A DNA stretch of 64,000 nucleotides from Candidatus Obscuribacteraceae bacterium (lineage in GTDB: Bacteria > Cyanobacteriota > Vampirovibrionia > Obscuribacterales > Obscuribacteraceae), in the NCBI GenBank assembly GCA_044229845.1, contig JBGASG010000007.1, positions 160,001 to 224,000 on the forward strand, written 5' to 3'. Positions 1 to 10,443 of the stretch are shown here, one piece after another. The position numbers and the translations under genes are program-made. The notes beneath the pieces were generated by a model. The model saw only the letters and a program-made list of their open reading frames with translations. It made no database searches and was not told the DNA's origin. Position 1 is the first letter of the stretch; each line of letters opens with the position of its first letter.

Positions 1-390
1 ATACTTGCCAGCGGTACCAACGAGCGCGCCTGCCGAGATGCATGCAGAGCAGCGGCTCAAGCTACCACCTCGGCAACGGCATTGCAGGCAGCACAAGCTG
101 CTTGCGCCGCCCACGCAGCAGGCAGCCAGTACTTCGCCACTCAACCGACTGTGGATGTAGCTACCTTCCAGTACCAGGACTTTGCGGCAACTAATGGCGT
201 TCCACCGCCGCCGTTGCCCGCATCGACACCGCCCACTGTGACTGTGACAACACGAGTTGACGTCATCGTTCCAGCGCCGATTGTATTCATGGGACTGGTC
301 AAGTTCGGAGGTCCGGGACAGAACACAATGACCTTCCGGAAGACTTACGTCTTTCCGATTGTCAGAGCACCTCTGTTCCTCCCACCATAA
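1..390 (+). CDS. TadE/TadG-like pilus-associated protein (5' end outside window)
   Basis: Frame 1 is open from base 1 (ILASGTNERACRDACRAAAQ...). The R-D-A-x-R-A-A helix and the C-terminal V-T-V-T-T-R-V-D-V strand resemble Tad pseudopilins. Confidence 0.55.
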   Translation: MLASGTNERACRDACRAAAQATTSATALQAAQAACAAHAAGSQYFATQPTVDVATFQYQDFAATNGVPPPPLPASTPPTVTVTTRVDVIVPAPIVFMGLVKFGGPGQNTMTFRKTYVFPIVRAPLFLPP

Positions 391-422
391 CCTCCGATCT
401 TCGCAACAACAACAAACAACCG

Positions 423-448
423 AACGCCGCCCTCCGGGGCGGCGTTTT
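423..448 (+). terminator. intrinsic terminator
   Basis: 10-bp stem AACGCCGCCC-TCCG-GGGCGGCGTT running into a T tract, after the stop at 390. Confidence 0.7.
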
Positions 449-518
449 CGTAGTTGGTGCTAAATGAGCGTCATGAGGCGGTTGTCCAACGTGGCTGCGT
501 GCTATTGTCACACTCCCC

Positions 519-1301
519 ATGTTTCAATTTTTCTCTCTGGTGCTTGTTTTTTATCTGTGGCACGCGTTCGGCGTGACTATAGGCTTGCACCGGCTGCTGT
601 CCCATCGAGCTTTCCGATGCCCTAAAGCTGTGGAGTACTTCTGGGTTCTGGGAGCCTACCTGGCGTTCCACGGGTCACCATGCTGGTGGGCCACCATTCA
701 CCGCGCCCATCACAGGCATTCGGACACAGTTCTAGATCCTCACACACCAACCATCAGTGTGATGCACTCGTACTGGTTTTTCCGTGACTTCGCCTATCCG
801 GATCACATCAATCCGCACGTGCAAAGCAAAGATTTGCTCGCCGATCCCGTTTACCGCGCGCTCGAGTGTGGTGGCAACTGGCGTGTGGGTTACGCCGTTA
901 ACGTTGTGGCGTGCATCCTATTTCGACTCGCCTTGTTGTTGCTGTGTGGACCCGTGGTCGCAGGAGCAAGCTTGCTTGCGGGAGTCTTGGCGCTTAACAT
1001 GCCGCTGATCTTGAACATCATTTGTCACATTCCGAGATTCGGTTACCGACTCTACGACACCAAGGATCAGAGCGTGAACGTGTGGTTTATGGCCGTGGTG
1101 GGCTTGGGTGACGGATGGCACAACAACCATCATGCATGCCCCGGTTCTAGTCGAATGGGCATCAAGCCGTGGGAAATCGATTTGTCGTTTGAACTGCTGC
1201 GAGTGATGCAAAAGATGCGCCTAGCATCGCAGATAAACGAGAGTCTGCTAGCGCCGGCGCCCTCGCGGGAGACTGCTCCTCTGCCGGCAGCAAAGCGCTA
1301 G
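519..1301 (+). CDS. membrane delta-9-type fatty acid (acyl-CoA/acyl-lipid) desaturase
   Basis: His boxes HRLLSH, HRAHH and GWHNNHH; WEIDLS motif; TM segments. Confidence 0.9.
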   Translation: MFQFFSLVLVFYLWHAFGVTIGLHRLLSHRAFRCPKAVEYFWVLGAYLAFHGSPCWWATIHRAHHRHSDTVLDPHTPTISVMHSYWFFRDFAYPDHINPHVQSKDLLADPVYRALECGGNWRVGYAVNVVACILFRLALLLLCGPVVAGASLLAGVLALNMPLILNIICHIPRFGYRLYDTKDQSVNVWFMAVVGLGDGWHNNHHACPGSSRMGIKPWEIDLSFELLRVMQKMRLASQINESLLAPAPSRETAPLPAAKR

Positions 1302-1516
1302 CCAGCTTCAGTCACAAACTTGGTCGTGGTCTTCTGGGTCTTCCACGGTTCGTGCACCGGGCGCCCCTTCTGCTTCGCGATTTGGGCGTTGATGGTCTGC
1401 AGCTTGATCAAAATAGCTACTTTTTCCTCGATAGGCAGATTCGCCTGCTCGTGGCGGCGGGTTTCATACCCCTTGAGCAGCTCTTGAGTGGTCACAACTT
1501 TAGACTCGATCTTCAC
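1298..1516 (-). CDS. small hypothetical protein, possible partner of the adjacent nucleotidyltransferase
   Basis: 72-aa ORF co-oriented and ~40 bp downstream of the NTase gene. Confidence 0.55.
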   Translation of the reverse strand: MKIESKVVTTQELLKGYETRRHEQANLPIEEKVAILIKLQTINAQIAKQKGRPVHEPWKTQKTTTKFVTEAG

Positions 1517-1558
1517 CGCAGCAGACCCCTTTGTGATATCTAGTATACATACATTTTG

Positions 1559-2056
1559 TTAAGCTGTTATCTTGGACCATTTTTCAGCCAAATTGTGCCG
1601 CTGGAGAATGTCTTTTAGCTTGGACCAGTCCGGCTCGCGCGACTCTAAGGCGCCGGCGATACGCGCTTTATCTTTTACCCGGCCTAAGTCAGCTGCAATC
1701 GCAAGCAAGTGCTCGTAAGTAAAAACCCTGGTGTCAGTCTCACCGTACTTGTCTGGAATCGCGAGTTCTAGAGCCTCTTCGACTAACTTGGTCGGGGGGT
1801 GCAGGAACTGAACTGGAATTCCTTCAATCATTATGTGTGCGGCGCGAAATTGGTAGCCCAGCTCCTGGACCCTCGCAGACAAGGGTTCCAAATTGGTTAG
1901 TCCGCTTTCAGAAGTCGGTAGATAACAAAAAATGTCGAGGTCCTCGGTAAACGACGGCTCAACATAAAACAGAAATCCAATCGCGCCGCCAATTGCATAG
2001 CGGCCGATTATCTTCTCTGCCTCAAGGTTGTTGATAACGCGGAGGGTATCTTCCAT
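1559..2056 (-). CDS. nucleotidyltransferase-fold protein
   Basis: YAIGGA...TEDLDIF motif and a C-terminal GRxKD. Likely start is MEDTL at 2056; the ORF extends to 2101. Confidence 0.75.
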   Translation of the reverse strand: MEDTLRVINNLEAEKIIGRYAIGGAIGFLFYVEPSFTEDLDIFCYLPTSESGLTNLEPLSARVQELGYQFRAAHIMIEGIPVQFLHPPTKLVEEALELAIPDKYGETDTRVFTYEHLLAIAADLGRVKDKARIAGALESREPDWSKLKDILQRHNLAEKWSKITA

Positions 2057-2483
2057 TGGCAGCAAATCGATCCGGAATCTGCTTCTTGCGACCAGCAACA
2101 TCGTATTTTCTTGACAAGCCGCTTCCCGTTAGAAACTTCTGATCGATGCGCTGGATTAGCCGTACACCATCGTCAGCGTGTGTATGCAGGTCGGCGGGCC
2201 TTAGCTTCGGTCCAACCTTTATGACACCATATGTAGTGTCAATCCTCTCGCAGGGATGCTCTGAGAACACAGACGCTTAGGCAGCTGACTACCAGATAGA
2301 CCGAGGATCGGCCGCTTTACCTGTCTTTCCACCGGCGTCTGAATTCTTGGATCCCTTTGCACTACTCATGCCCTGCGGTATCACCCCATGGTCTAGCTTC
2401 TACCGAATTTTCACTACTTCCGGTGGGATCTTCCGAATAGCTTGCACCAATTGGAGATTGCCTAGATTGTACAACCCGCAGCA

Positions 2484-2945
2484 TCACACACAGTCGAGGT
2501 CGGAGAAGCTTACTAGCTCGCAGTAGTGGGGTGACGTCACTTTCTGTTCGGCTCTGCCGGTCGGGTGAAAGATTATGATGCGACGAAAGCCGGTACTAGA
2601 CTCAAGAGTTACCAGTGTCGAGCCGCTGGGAGCTAAGGTGAATGACAGCAGGTCCTCTCGCAAATTGAACATTGAGAGTAGTCCCATGGCGGACAACAAT
2701 TGCGATGACTGACTGCTTTCTCGGAGAATGTACATTGCTCGGTCATAAAAATCGGTTGCTTGAGGACGGGACTGAGATCCGAATCCTTGGTTGGGCTTCA
2801 CGGACATTTGTCTGAGCGCTCGCACGAGCGCGAAAGGCGGATGGCACTCTTTTTCGAGATTCAATGCCAAATTCATTGGTGCGCTTCCTCGTTTTTGAGC
2901 CGCCGCAAAGTATGCGGGCAGTGGGTCTGGAGAGAATGGGGGCAT
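2484..2945 (-). CDS. hypothetical protein
   Basis: 153-aa ORF filling an otherwise empty gap; no motif recognised. Confidence 0.3.
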   Translation of the reverse strand: MPPFSPDPLPAYFAAAQKRGSAPMNLALNLEKECHPPFALVRALRQMSVKPNQGFGSQSRPQATDFYDRAMYILRESSQSSQLLSAMGLLSMFNLREDLLSFTLAPSGSTLVTLESSTGFRRIIIFHPTGRAEQKVTSPHYCELVSFSDLDCV

Positions 2946-3085
2946 TTGCTGATACCCTACAAAAGCAATCGTGAAAACTTCGTGGCAGCGCCCGATGGGC
3001 TCTCAACTGCCACGTGCGGGGTGGACCTGGCTTGACAGAGCCAGTTAAGCTCACTTAGCATGAACTCCCGTCTGCGGTTGGAAAA

Positions 3086-4429
3086 TTGGTTCGTTCCCCA
3101 GAATCCGAAAACGAAGCTGGAAAACCGGCGAAGTCTGCAGCCGGCCCCGAGTATCTTTTGGTTGCGGATTCTGCCGGTGGCAACGGACCCAACCCGTTTG
3201 CGAAAGAGCTTCCGTGGCAGACGAAACCGACGCGGTGGCAGCCGGCTCAACCCAGTGCAGGCGACGGACGGCGGGCAAGCGGCGTTGAGAAAGACCAACC
3301 GGCTTCAGCCTCCAACGACTCCTGGCGCCAAGAAGTGATCAGGCTATCGAGAAACGCCATTTCCGATGCTAAGGCTATTCAGACCGCCATCGATAAGGCT
3401 GCGTCATCGCGTGAGCCAACTGTAATTTCTGTTCCGCCTGGTTCCTACAAGGGACAGATCTCATTTCCAGACGGTGCGCGCAATATTCATCTGAAAGCAC
3501 TTATCGGTCCCAGGGGCGAGCGCGCCGTTTTTGACATGGCTGGTGTGAGCCCGACTGCGGACAAGCCTGCAGTGTTCTACTTGCAAAATGCGCGCAACAT
3601 ATCTATCGAAGGATTTGAGTTGACCAACTTCAAGTCTGACGACAAAGAAAACCCAGCTGCAGGCATCATCGTGGAGGGAGTAAGCCGTCAGATCTCTATT
3701 CGCGACAACCTAATCCATCACTTCGGTATAGGCAAATTGGGCAGCAAAGCGGATTTGACTGGCTCCGAGCCCATTTCGGTTCGAGGCAGAGGCACCACGG
3801 AAGAAACAGCGACACGGCAGATTGTGATCAGCAACAATACGCTGCACGACATTAATCTCGGATCGCATGAAGGTATCACGGTAAACGGTAATGTGGACGG
3901 TTTTCTTGTGGCTCTAAACAACGTGCGCAACGTCAACAACATCGGGATTGATATCGTTGGTGGTTATCGCGTTTCTTCCAATCCTCGCTTAGATGCGGCT
4001 CGCAATGGGGTGGTCAGAGGAAACTTTGTGGCAGGAATAGACTCTGACCGCAACCGCGCCTATAAGACTGGCGACCGGTCAGCTGGTGGCATTTATGTGG
4101 ACGGAGGTTGGAGTGTCCGCATCGAGAATAATGTCGTGGAGGACACCAATCGCGGCATCGAGGTGGGGTGCGAGAATGCCGGACATACTGCCAGAAACAT
4201 TGAAATAACCAACAATATTTCTCGACGCAATCATTTTGCCGCCGTGACGGTGGGAGCCGGGGACAGACGGCACGGTAGCACCGATGGTGTGCGGATTTTC
4301 AACAATTTGTTCATGGCAAACGGACCCGATGGGATTACGGGGATCGACCGACAGCTCTTTTTTAAAGATGTTTCGGACTCGAACAATCGTTATCTCGATC
4401 GCAGTGGACGCCTGCTCAAAATACAATAG
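3086..4429 (+). CDS. right-handed parallel beta-helix repeat protein (pectin lyase-like fold)
   Basis: IQTAIDKA...ISVPPGSY cap; repeated IxxNxI strands; NGNVDGF...NNIGID and GGIYVDGG motifs. Confidence 0.85.
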   Translation: MVRSPESENEAGKPAKSAAGPEYLLVADSAGGNGPNPFAKELPWQTKPTRWQPAQPSAGDGRRASGVEKDQPASASNDSWRQEVIRLSRNAISDAKAIQTAIDKAASSREPTVISVPPGSYKGQISFPDGARNIHLKALIGPRGERAVFDMAGVSPTADKPAVFYLQNARNISIEGFELTNFKSDDKENPAAGIIVEGVSRQISIRDNLIHHFGIGKLGSKADLTGSEPISVRGRGTTEETATRQIVISNNTLHDINLGSHEGITVNGNVDGFLVALNNVRNVNNIGIDIVGGYRVSSNPRLDAARNGVVRGNFVAGIDSDRNRAYKTGDRSAGGIYVDGGWSVRIENNVVEDTNRGIEVGCENAGHTARNIEITNNISRRNHFAAVTVGAGDRRHGSTDGVRIFNNLFMANGPDGITGIDRQLFFKDVSDSNNRYLDRSGRLLKIQ

Positions 4430-4573
4430 GTAGTCCGTGTTTGCGTCTATCTTCGTGCACTAGCACAACCATTGAATAACTGGTCTTGTCGTGCGTGCTT
4501 CTTGTTCTGGTGATACCACATACGATACTACAGGATCAAGCCCTGCGTCCGCATTCTGTTCCTTTGTTATTTG

Positions 4574-4735
4574 ATAAACCTCCCGGGGGTTGTTGTAGCC
4601 GAGTGCCTTATGAGGGCGCTGGAAGTCGTAGAAACGGGGCCGGTCCGCGATGCTCGCGCGTGCATCTTCTTGTCGAGGCGCACTGTATGTGATGTCTGCG
4701 GACCACACCTGATCAGGTGCGGTCGATAGTAGCGC
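4574..4735 (-). pseudogene. IS3-family transposase remnant (internally deleted)
   Basis: PDQVWSADITY joined almost directly to RFYDFQRPHKALGYNNPREVY, the two ends of the IS3 DDE integrase core. Confidence 0.75.
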
Positions 4736-4769
4736 CGCGCTGCCAGTGGCCTAAATTCTGGGGACCAGC

Positions 4770-5933
4770 TCACTGTCTCCCGGTGCTTTTGCGAGGCGCG
4801 ACCCGTGACGTTGCCCGCAATACATCGTTCCAAAATTGCCCGTCTCGGTCCTTGACCAGACTTTGGCCCCACCAGCACAAAGAAGAACCAGAATCAGTCA
4901 CGATTTTTGCCATATCATCAAGCTCTTGCTTCGTGGGTCGGCGATCGCCGTAGAGTTTCGCCAGCCAATAAGGGTGTCCTTGGTGCTGTGCGCAGAAGGC
5001 CTGCAATACGATCAGTTTCCGTTTCTGAGGCAGGGTTTCCCGAAGCCAGCGTAGGTATTCGGCTAGAGCATCTCGATAGCCCAGGATTTTCTTCGGACCG
5101 GAGTAGGGTCCACGAACTTTCAGGAGGTCCTTTGGAATTGCGTAGATGTCAAACCCGACGATGTCGCTGAACTGGCTCGCCTCCTTTATCTTCCGAAAGT
5201 GCTCGCCGAAGTCAGCTTCGGAAGTAGCGCTTTCAGGAACCGGCGCGTGCACCATCACGACTCTCAGACTGGCATCGATATGTTTCACCCGTTGGTAGAG
5301 CGCTTCGCACTTTTCAGTAGTTCCGTTAAGCACTGGTTCATCGTAAGCGTACACACCGAAGACGTTTCCTCGACCAACTCGTGAAATCAATTGCCTGAGC
5401 GGATCTTCGCGCAGTTGGGGAAATTTTCCATCAGGATAGATGACTGCGGCCGGAAGCAGGAGCTTCATCTTGTGGCGTCGAAGAGCTGCTAGAGCCCGGC
5501 CGCTCTGCCTGAGCGGCTGAAAGAACTGGGCTTCATAGCCAAGACACCTCACCTCCGGCACTTCTTGGTACTCTGAGAAGGGTAAGAAGATATCGATGCC
5601 AGCAGTCCTCAGTTGAGAGAAAATGCAATCGAAGTTTGGGTTTTCTCCCAACGTGGCGGGAATTCCTGCCGCCATGAAATCGACATCACTGCCAGACTGT
5701 GCACGCGGCGCGCTACGCACCATCTGATTTCCCACACACAGCCAAACGACAAGCAGCACAGGTAGAAAAATCAGGGCGGTGTTCGTAGGGCGCGTACTAT
5801 GTTGCTTCAACTCTTCTGATGTGGCTAAGCGGGGGCTCCCGACGGTACCGGGTTGAAAAAAACTGACTGAGCACCATCCTCGAAGCTCGTTGGAGAAACG
5901 TGCAGAAACGGAGTTATGGCCAGCTGGCAGCAT
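4770..5933 (-). CDS. membrane-anchored hypothetical protein, possible glycoside hydrolase-like TIM barrel
   Basis: N-terminal TM segment; VYAYDEP and DIVGFDIY motifs; start uncertain. Confidence 0.55.
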   Translation of the reverse strand: MLPAGHNSVSARFSNELRGWCSVSFFQPGTVGSPRLATSEELKQHSTRPTNTALIFLPVLLVVWLCVGNQMVRSAPRAQSGSDVDFMAAGIPATLGENPNFDCIFSQLRTAGIDIFLPFSEYQEVPEVRCLGYEAQFFQPLRQSGRALAALRRHKMKLLLPAAVIYPDGKFPQLREDPLRQLISRVGRGNVFGVYAYDEPVLNGTTEKCEALYQRVKHIDASLRVVMVHAPVPESATSEADFGEHFRKIKEASQFSDIVGFDIYAIPKDLLKVRGPYSGPKKILGYRDALAEYLRWLRETLPQKRKLIVLQAFCAQHQGHPYWLAKLYGDRRPTKQELDDMAKIVTDSGSSLCWWGQSLVKDRDGQFWNDVLRATSRVAPRKSTGRQ

Positions 5934-5957
5934 AGCATGTCAAAAATATTGTGTGCA

Positions 5958-6182
5958 CTAAGTTTCACCATCAAATTCAACGGATGCGTGTCCTGCGACG
6001 GTCTTCGCAAATGAAACTCCGCCAACTTGTAGGCACTGTCCGGGGTTCAAAACTTCCTGGGCGTAAGATTCCAGAAGTTGGATCAAGTACCTCTTCTCTT
6101 CGGCTGTTAGAACGAGCTCTCCAGCAATGTATCTGTCGGCAGCGCTCACTAACTCCGGCAAGGTCATCGATACCCGTATCAT
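5958..6182 (-). CDS. small hypothetical protein
   Basis: 74-aa ORF with protein-like composition, co-oriented with its neighbours. Confidence 0.35.
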   Translation of the reverse strand: MIRVSMTLPELVSAADRYIAGELVLTAEEKRYLIQLLESYAQEVLNPGQCLQVGGVSFAKTVAGHASVEFDGET

Positions 6183-6348
6183 AAGGCTTCCGGCTTCCGG
6201 TCTGAAATGGTTTCAACAATGCTTACTTGCCCCACCAGAGCTCTCTTCAGACACAGTGCACCAGCCTCCGTGACTAGCCGAATCCTTGGGAAAGTGGATG
6301 GGCTGCGATGCCAAGAGGGGTGAGGCTAGTAGCCTGCCGCATTGGCTG

Positions 6349-7236
6349 CTACTCGTGCTGAAAACCCTTCAGTTTGGACACATCACCGCCATTCTTTGTA
6401 AATGCGGTCATCCAACCGGAGTTGTTTATAGCGCCGGCATCGGCGGCAATCGCCATGAATCTGCGATAGCCCGACAGTTCCGGATACATGTTCATGCTGG
6501 CGCGCATTGTCTCAAGCATTGTCGTGGGGTCGGCGCCATTGCTGGACATTTGATCGATGATTCGCATTCTACCCGCGGAAGCAATGTTTCTGTCGGCCTT
6601 TGTTTGACGCGGACCTTCGTGCTCGTCGACCAAGTTCCAGTATGCGTTCAATCCATCCTGGACTCTCGCCGGGTCGAACATATATTCGTCGAGGTCGTCC
6701 ATTTTTTTCACGGCTTCAGCTACCTGTTTCTTCTCGCTCTCACGCAGCTCACTCATTCCGGCGAAACGCGCTTTCGCGTCAGGAGAGGCACTATCAAGCA
6801 GCGCTTTAAATTGTGGATTGGTTTGCAAATCCGCACCGGCAGTCATTGACAGAAAAAGACGATGATTAAAAACTTCAGGATACTTGGTGGCAGTTTCAAC
6901 CGCCATCTCGGTCAACTTGGTGCGGTCGCCGGAGGTAGCAAATGCATCCATCATCCGCATTCGGCCGGCAATAGCAAGGCTTTTGTCCGCCTCGGATTGA
7001 GACTCTTGTTCGTGCGACCCGATTAAAGCGCGATACTGCTTCTCGACGTCGGCTCCAATGCGTTGACCGAACGCCACCTTTGAATCGAGATCGTCCATAC
7101 GACTCAGTTCTGCTTTATAAGCAGGGTCGGCTTTGAAGCCAGTTTCCGGAGGCGCGCCCGCATGCGTCTCCGGTACATCAACCGCCGCAGTCGTGCGCAT
7201 GTCGTCCCGTTGCTCTACAACTGGTTTGTCAACCAT
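6349..7236 (-). CDS. hypothetical protein with two copies of a ~125-aa helical domain
   Basis: MDDLD...ADxxxAxAGRMR...YPE...RxF occurs twice. Confidence 0.8.
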   Translation of the reverse strand: MVDKPVVEQRDDMRTTAAVDVPETHAGAPPETGFKADPAYKAELSRMDDLDSKVAFGQRIGADVEKQYRALIGSHEQESQSEADKSLAIAGRMRMMDAFATSGDRTKLTEMAVETATKYPEVFNHRLFLSMTAGADLQTNPQFKALLDSASPDAKARFAGMSELRESEKKQVAEAVKKMDDLDEYMFDPARVQDGLNAYWNLVDEHEGPRQTKADRNIASAGRMRIIDQMSSNGADPTTMLETMRASMNMYPELSGYRRFMAIAADAGAINNSGWMTAFTKNGGDVSKLKGFQHE

Positions 7237-7462
7237 AGCAAAATACCTGTACCGTCTATTCCGTCATGCCCAATTCTTTCGATCGCGAATCCTTAAACCT
7301 CGCCTCACTGCCCGTCCGACATGCCAAACAAGGTTCTGAGAAGCTCCTTTGCTTCGACTTAGCGGACGGGTATTCGCCGATTGCTAACAGTTTAACTTGT
7401 GTGGTCAAGACCGCAGTACGTCATTGAGTCCAACGTTTTGCGCAATAACGCACGATGCGGTG

Positions 7463-8182
7463 TCAGGTGCTGTGTTCGCGCTGGCAGACTACTAAATGGT
7501 AGAGCGACCGTGTTGTTGGTTCCTCTGCGTAATTTGCTACTAGATGGCGGTTCAGGTCTTTCGCTTGATCCGGCAGCAGATTGAGCGTCGTGTACTGCCC
7601 TAGCCATATGGCAATGCTTGTATGGGGCGTCACGATGCCTGAATAGCCGTACTTAGATAGCTCCTCCAAGACCCAGTCGCTATCTGGCAATTCCCACTCA
7701 ACGTGTTCGCGAACCAGAGAATTTTTTGTCAGTTTTAGCGCAAGTTCCTGCGCTTCGTGCGAATCTCGGCAAGGGTAATTCAGGACTACATATCTACGAG
7801 CCGTCCGAGCAAACTCGCTCAGCGCCTTACTTCTATCCTTCGGTTCTATGTGCTCAAGTAAGTCCACTGCCACAACGGCATCGTAAGCGGCATCCTCTGA
7901 TGGAATGTCCAAGACAGAACCGCCAGTCGTTGCCGCGTCAATCACGTCAATGGTTGCATCTTTCAAGAAGAAGGCTAAAGCGCCATCATATCCACCTGCA
8001 TCCAAGATTGTCTTTAGCGAAAGTCCGGACAACGCCCGAGCAGCGGCGTTCAAGCGTACAAATCGGTCCCAGGAAAGATCCTCTGCCGCTTCTGCACGCG
8101 TGACCGTAGCGGTAGCAATGCCGTTGCCGCGGATAGAAAGCTCGATTCCTTCTATGAGGTTGATTGGTATGCCACCTATCAT
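7463..8182 (-). CDS. class I SAM-dependent methyltransferase
   Basis: ILDAGGYDG motif I; YDAVVAVDLLEHI. Confidence 0.85.
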   Translation of the reverse strand: MIGGIPINLIEGIELSIRGNGIATATVTRAEAAEDLSWDRFVRLNAAARALSGLSLKTILDAGGYDGALAFFLKDATIDVIDAATTGGSVLDIPSEDAAYDAVVAVDLLEHIEPKDRSKALSEFARTARRYVVLNYPCRDSHEAQELALKLTKNSLVREHVEWELPDSDWVLEELSKYGYSGIVTPHTSIAIWLGQYTTLNLLPDQAKDLNRHLVANYAEEPTTRSLYHLVVCQREHST

Positions 8183-8250
8183 CGCTAAAGTATAGCGAAA
8201 CGAACAGCAAACCAGTCAAAGTGCCCTGGAAAGCGGTACTCCCCTCCCCT

Positions 8251-10233
8251 TTAATCGGTGGAACGGCGCCGCGGAATTTCTCCGCTCAATTTCGACTGTT
8301 CTACGGTGCCGGTGGGAAGGTTAAATTCGCCTGTGAGCGCGTTGAATTGGCCTACATTGACCACGTGAATGCCGAGGTTGGTCTCCAGGTCGCGGGCGTA
8401 ATTCTGTGCCTGTACGGGGTCGGTGCCGGTGCCGATGAACACGCGTTTGAAGGGATGGGCGCGCTTGAGAGCAATCAGCCCATCGACGAGCGACTCAGGC
8501 AGAACCTTGACTGAAATGACGAGGTCTTTGTCTTTAAAGGACGCCGCCAGTTGCTGCGTTACAACACGCTGCAGAAGTTCTTGCATCAGTCCGCGCCTTG
8601 TTGATTCTTCCTCGGCGTGAAAAATGATGATCTCCTTCGGTCCCATCTCTTCGCGATCTAGAAGTTTGATGATCATGGTGGCCAGATTGCGTGCTTTGGC
8701 TCCGCCGGTGCAGACAACGTAGGTCGGCAGTTCATCCGGCTCCGGCAAGTTGGCGTTAGCATATTTGCCCATACCGATGCGCAGATCCGGCAGCTCAGTC
8801 AGGCGCTCTTCGATAACTCCGAGCCGGTAGAAGCACATCACCAGCAAAATCATCAGAAAGATTTGCAGCCCGAGATTGCGTGCATCAGACGAGGATAGAA
8901 CGATGATTACTTCGGCAAAGGAAAGGGCGGCGATGGAGATGATGGCAGGCATTGGCAGAGCCATGCGACCGAAGTGCCAGACCCACCGCGAACGAAACGG
9001 GGAACGGGCGATCTTGAGAGGCATTCTCACGCGCATCAAGATCACTCCAATGGCAAACGAGATCATGACGGCGAGAAACGCCATGCCGTAGACCTCGCCG
9101 AGAATGTTGACCTGACCCGGCAAAACCAAAATCATCAAGGTTGAAACAACCATGAATGAGAGCACCACATACGGGTAGCCCTGAAACAGCGGCACTCGGT
9201 CAGCCCAACGGCGCAGGAGCATCGAAGGCATGTTGCCCTGCTTGGCCATGGTGGTAACCAGACCAATACAGCCCACGTAGGCTGTGTTGACGGCGGCAAA
9301 CAGAACCAGAGCGGCGTCGACCACCAGAATTATCTGCAGGGGACGTCCGCCCTCGCGGAATGCCAGCCCGGACAGCAAGCTGTCTTTGAATACATCGATC
9401 TGATTCTGGGTGAGCAGCGTCAAGCACAGATAAGAAGTGACTGGTGCAGTGATGCCGACCAGCAATACGATCGAGAGATATACCCTCTGCAGGGTCCGCC
9501 AGGTCGGCGTCTTCAATTGTTCGACGATCTGTGCGGCCGATTCAAAACCGGTTATGCCCAGGAAGGCGGCAGCAAATCCATGCAGCAAGTTGGGAGGCGA
9601 AATGCCCTGATAGCCGGTGAATACTTTCGCGAGGTTGATACCAGGGGTGGTGCCACACAAATACATGCCGTAAAGGTCGATGCCGAGCAAAAGCAGGAAG
9701 TGGAAAGTGGCGATGAAAAACACGATCATCGCCGGCTCTTTGATGCCGATGATGTTGAGAAAGCCGAAGATCACCACTGGCAAGATGGCGACGATGACGA
9801 TGCTGGTTACCGGCCAGTTCATGATGTTGTCGAACGAATCGATGTAATAGGCGCCGGAGAGGGCGCTGACGGCAGCGGTAGCCAGGTAGGAGAGAATGGT
9901 GAGGGCACCGACGATCATGGCCATTCGGCGGCCGACGGTCTGCAGGACCATCATGTACGCCCCGCCGTTAAACGGGCTGGCGGAGCAGCCTTCCTGATAA
10001 GTGGCCTTAAAGAACCACATCAGACCGCAAACGACGGCGATAATCACCGGGGCGAAGTAGGAGACCATGGGCCAGATAACGCCCGTGCTGTAAAACACGG
10101 ATGTACCGATGTCGGCTCCGACGATAGCGGCAGCCAACCACCAGCTCAGCAGTTGATCGCCATGTTGCTTAGGATCGGGCGCTGCCTTGGTTGCGGTCGG
10201 TTGCTGAGAAAGATTCGGTGACGGAGTTTCCAC
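8251..10233 (-). CDS. APC-family amino acid permease with C-terminal soluble domain
   Basis: GADIGTSVFY, NGGAY and GITGFES motifs; ~12 TM segments. Confidence 0.85.
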   Translation of the reverse strand: METPSPNLSQQPTATKAAPDPKQHGDQLLSWWLAAAIVGADIGTSVFYSTGVIWPMVSYFAPVIIAVVCGLMWFFKATYQEGCSASPFNGGAYMMVLQTVGRRMAMIVGALTILSYLATAAVSALSGAYYIDSFDNIMNWPVTSIVIVAILPVVIFGFLNIIGIKEPAMIVFFIATFHFLLLLGIDLYGMYLCGTTPGINLAKVFTGYQGISPPNLLHGFAAAFLGITGFESAAQIVEQLKTPTWRTLQRVYLSIVLLVGITAPVTSYLCLTLLTQNQIDVFKDSLLSGLAFREGGRPLQIILVVDAALVLFAAVNTAYVGCIGLVTTMAKQGNMPSMLLRRWADRVPLFQGYPYVVLSFMVVSTLMILVLPGQVNILGEVYGMAFLAVMISFAIGVILMRVRMPLKIARSPFRSRWVWHFGRMALPMPAIISIAALSFAEVIIVLSSSDARNLGLQIFLMILLVMCFYRLGVIEERLTELPDLRIGMGKYANANLPEPDELPTYVVCTGGAKARNLATMIIKLLDREEMGPKEIIIFHAEEESTRRGLMQELLQRVVTQQLAASFKDKDLVISVKVLPESLVDGLIALKRAHPFKRVFIGTGTDPVQAQNYARDLETNLGIHVVNVGQFNALTGEFNLPTGTVEQSKLSGEIPRRRSTD

Positions 10234-10443
10234 GCGTTTTTAACGCCATTTTGATTATTATTGCTGGCGATTATATACCTTTTTAAGGTTCTTTCATGCT
10301 AGCAGCGACGCGCCCCGTAACAGGCGTTAGCAAAATGCCCGTTACAATTTCGGGGTGGACCAGGGTTGCCCCGTGAGCTGAGAGCATGCTGGTTGCTGGG
10401 CACCAGAGGTGGTGCTATGCGGCCGGGCTGCTCGATCTATTTT

